Assembly: GCF_032444005.1 (NCBI RefSeq)
Contig: NC_091288.1
Location: 213,280,001 to 213,344,000 of the forward strand
Length of the DNA: 64,000 bases
Direction of reading: 5' to 3'
Origin: Ranitomeya imitator
Taxonomy: Eukaryota
Under the pieces are notes generated by a model that was given only the letters and a program-made list of their open reading frames with translations, did no database searches and was not told the origin of the DNA. Numbering within the stretch: the first letter of the stretch is position 1; each line of letters begins with the position of its first letter. The translations under genes and the position numbers were made by a program. Shown one piece after another: positions 62,502-64,000 of the stretch.

Positions 62502-64000
62502 CAGTGGGGCAAAAAAGTATTTAGTCAGTCAGCAATAGTGCAAGTTCCACCACTTAAAAAGATGAGAGGCGTCTGTAATTTACATCATAGGTAGACCTCA
62601 ACTATGGGAGACAAACTGAGAAAAAAAAATCCAGAAAATCACATTGTCTGTTTTTTTAACATTTTATTTGCATATTATGGTGGAAAATAAGTATTTGGTC
62701 AGAAACAAAATTTCATCTCAATACTTTGTAATATATCCTTTGTTGGCAATGACAGAGGTCAAACGTTTTCTGTAAGTCTTCACAAGGTTGCCACACACTG
62801 TTGTTGGTATGTTGGCCCATTCCTCCATGCAGATCTCCTCTAGAGCAGTGATGTTTTTGGCTTTTCGCTTGGCAACACGGACTTTCAACTCCCTCCAAAG
62901 GTTTTCTATAGGGTTGAGATCTGGAGACTGGCTAGGCCACTCCAGGACCTTGAAATGCTTCTTACGAAGCCACTCCTTCGTTGCCCTGGCGGTGTGCTTT
63001 GGATCATTGTCATGTTGAAAGACCCAGCCACGTTTCATCTTCAATGCCCTTGCTGATGGTAGGAGGTTTGCACTCAAAATCTCACGATACATGGCGCCAT
63101 TCATTCTTTCATGTACCCGGATCAGTCGTCCTGGCCCCTTTGCAGAGAAACAGCCCCAAAGCATGATGTTTCCACCACCATGCTTTACAGTAGGTATGGT
63201 GTTTGATGGATGCAACTCAGTATTCTTTTTCCTCCAAACACGACAAGTTGTGTTTTTACCAAACAGTTCCAGTTTGGTTTCATCAGACCATAGGACATTC
63301 TCCCAAAACTCCTCTGGATCATCCAAATGCTCTCTAGCAAACTTCAGACGGGCCCGGACATGTACTGGCTTAAGCAGTGGGACACGTCTGGCACTGCAGG
63401 ATCTGAGTCCATGGTGGCGTAGTGTGTTACTTATGGTAGGCCTTGTTACATTGGTCCCAGCTCTCTGCAGTTCATTCACTAGGTCCCCCCGCGTGGTTCT
63501 GGGATTTTTGCTCACCGTTCTTGTGATCATTCTGACCCCACGGGGTGGGATTTTGCGTGGAGCCCCAGATCGAGGGAGATTATCAGTGGTCTTGTATGTC
63601 TTCCATTTTCTAATTATTGCTCCCACTGTTGATTTCTTAACTCCAAGCTGGTTGGCTATTGCAGATTCAGTCTTCCCAGCCTGGTGCAGGGCTACAATTT
63701 TGTTTCTGGTGTCCTTTGACAGCTCTTTGGTCTTCACCATAGTGGAGTTTGAAGTCAGACTGTTTGAGGGTGTGCACAGGTGTCTTTTTATACTGATAAC
63801 AAGTTTAAACAGGTGCCATTACTACAGGTAATGAGTGGAGGAAAGAGGAGACTCTTAAAGAAGAAGTTACAGGTCTGTGAGAGCCAGAAATCTTGATTGT
63901 TTGTTTCTGACCAAATACTTATTTTCCACCATAATAAGCAAATAAAATGTTAAAAAAACAGACAATGTGATTTTCTGGATTTTTTTTTCTCAGTTTGTCT
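62502..64000 (-). mobile_element. Tc1-family DNA transposon with long IR/DR-type TIRs (right end cut by the window edge)
   Basis: TA|CAGTGGGGCAAAAAAGTATTTAGTCAG at 62502. The left TIR (about 62502-62708) contains an inner repeat AAATAAGTATTTGGTCAG. Its mirror image begins at about 63900. Confidence 0.97.
62718..63740 (-). CDS. Intact Tc1 DD34E transposase, 340 aa
   Basis: Uninterrupted ORF with a paired-like HTH N-terminus, a GAPRK linker, [14 protein letters not shown] and [12 protein letters not shown] count exactly 34 residues between the second D and the E. Confidence 0.97.
   Translation of the reverse strand: MVKTKELSKDTRNKIVALHQAGKTESAIANQLGVKKSTVGAIIRKWKTYKTTDNLPRSGAPRKIPPRGVRMITRTVSKNPRTTRGDLVNELQRAGTNVTRPTISNTLRHHGLRSCSARRVPLLKPVHVRARLKFAREHLDDPEEFWENVLWSDETKLELFGKNTTCRVWRKKNTELHPSNTIPTVKHGGGNIMLWGCFSAKGPGRLIRVHERMNGAMYREILSANLLPSARALKMKRGWVFQHDNDPKHTARATKEWLRKKHFKVLEWPSQSPDLNPIENLWRELKVRVAKRKAKNITALEEICMEEWANIPTTVCGNLVKTYRKRLTSVIANKGYITKY

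Noticed and set aside
1-64000. tRNA, rRNA or snoRNA genes
   Set aside because: None recognised by eye. A covariance-model search (Infernal/Rfam, tRNAscan-SE) would be needed to exclude them.

Overview
Vertebrate genomic DNA, most likely a frog (inferred from the MITE, Helitron and satellite families). The window is syntenic with human 16p13.3. I reconstructed four spliced genes by hand, each with consistent splice sites and phases. RHBDL1 (+) has 7 coding exons in the window, with its first exon upstream. An unnamed 5-exon gene (-) encodes a 225-aa helix-hairpin-helix, DNA-glycosylase-like protein with a C-terminal NLS. STUB1/CHIP (+) has 7 coding exons and 312 aa and lies head-to-head with the HhH gene. 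JMJD8 (-) has 9 exons and 269 aa and lies tail-to-tail with STUB1. About half of the window is tandem repeat: most long introns carry their own array (units of 30-86 bp). Transposons include an intact DD34E Tc1 element, two non-autonomous Helitrons, 5'-truncated CR1 and Rex1-type LINEs, several MITEs, and decayed Gypsy and Tc1 relics, often nested. The best candidate for an undescribed system is the HhH gene. It has no counterpart in the human gene order as I know it, appears to share a promoter with STUB1, has a monofunctional-glycosylase-like active-site signature, and its intron-4 splice donor is part of the first unit of a satellite array. Most long ORFs in the supplied track are artefacts of tandem repeats. 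No searches were run, so family names are from recall and need confirmation.
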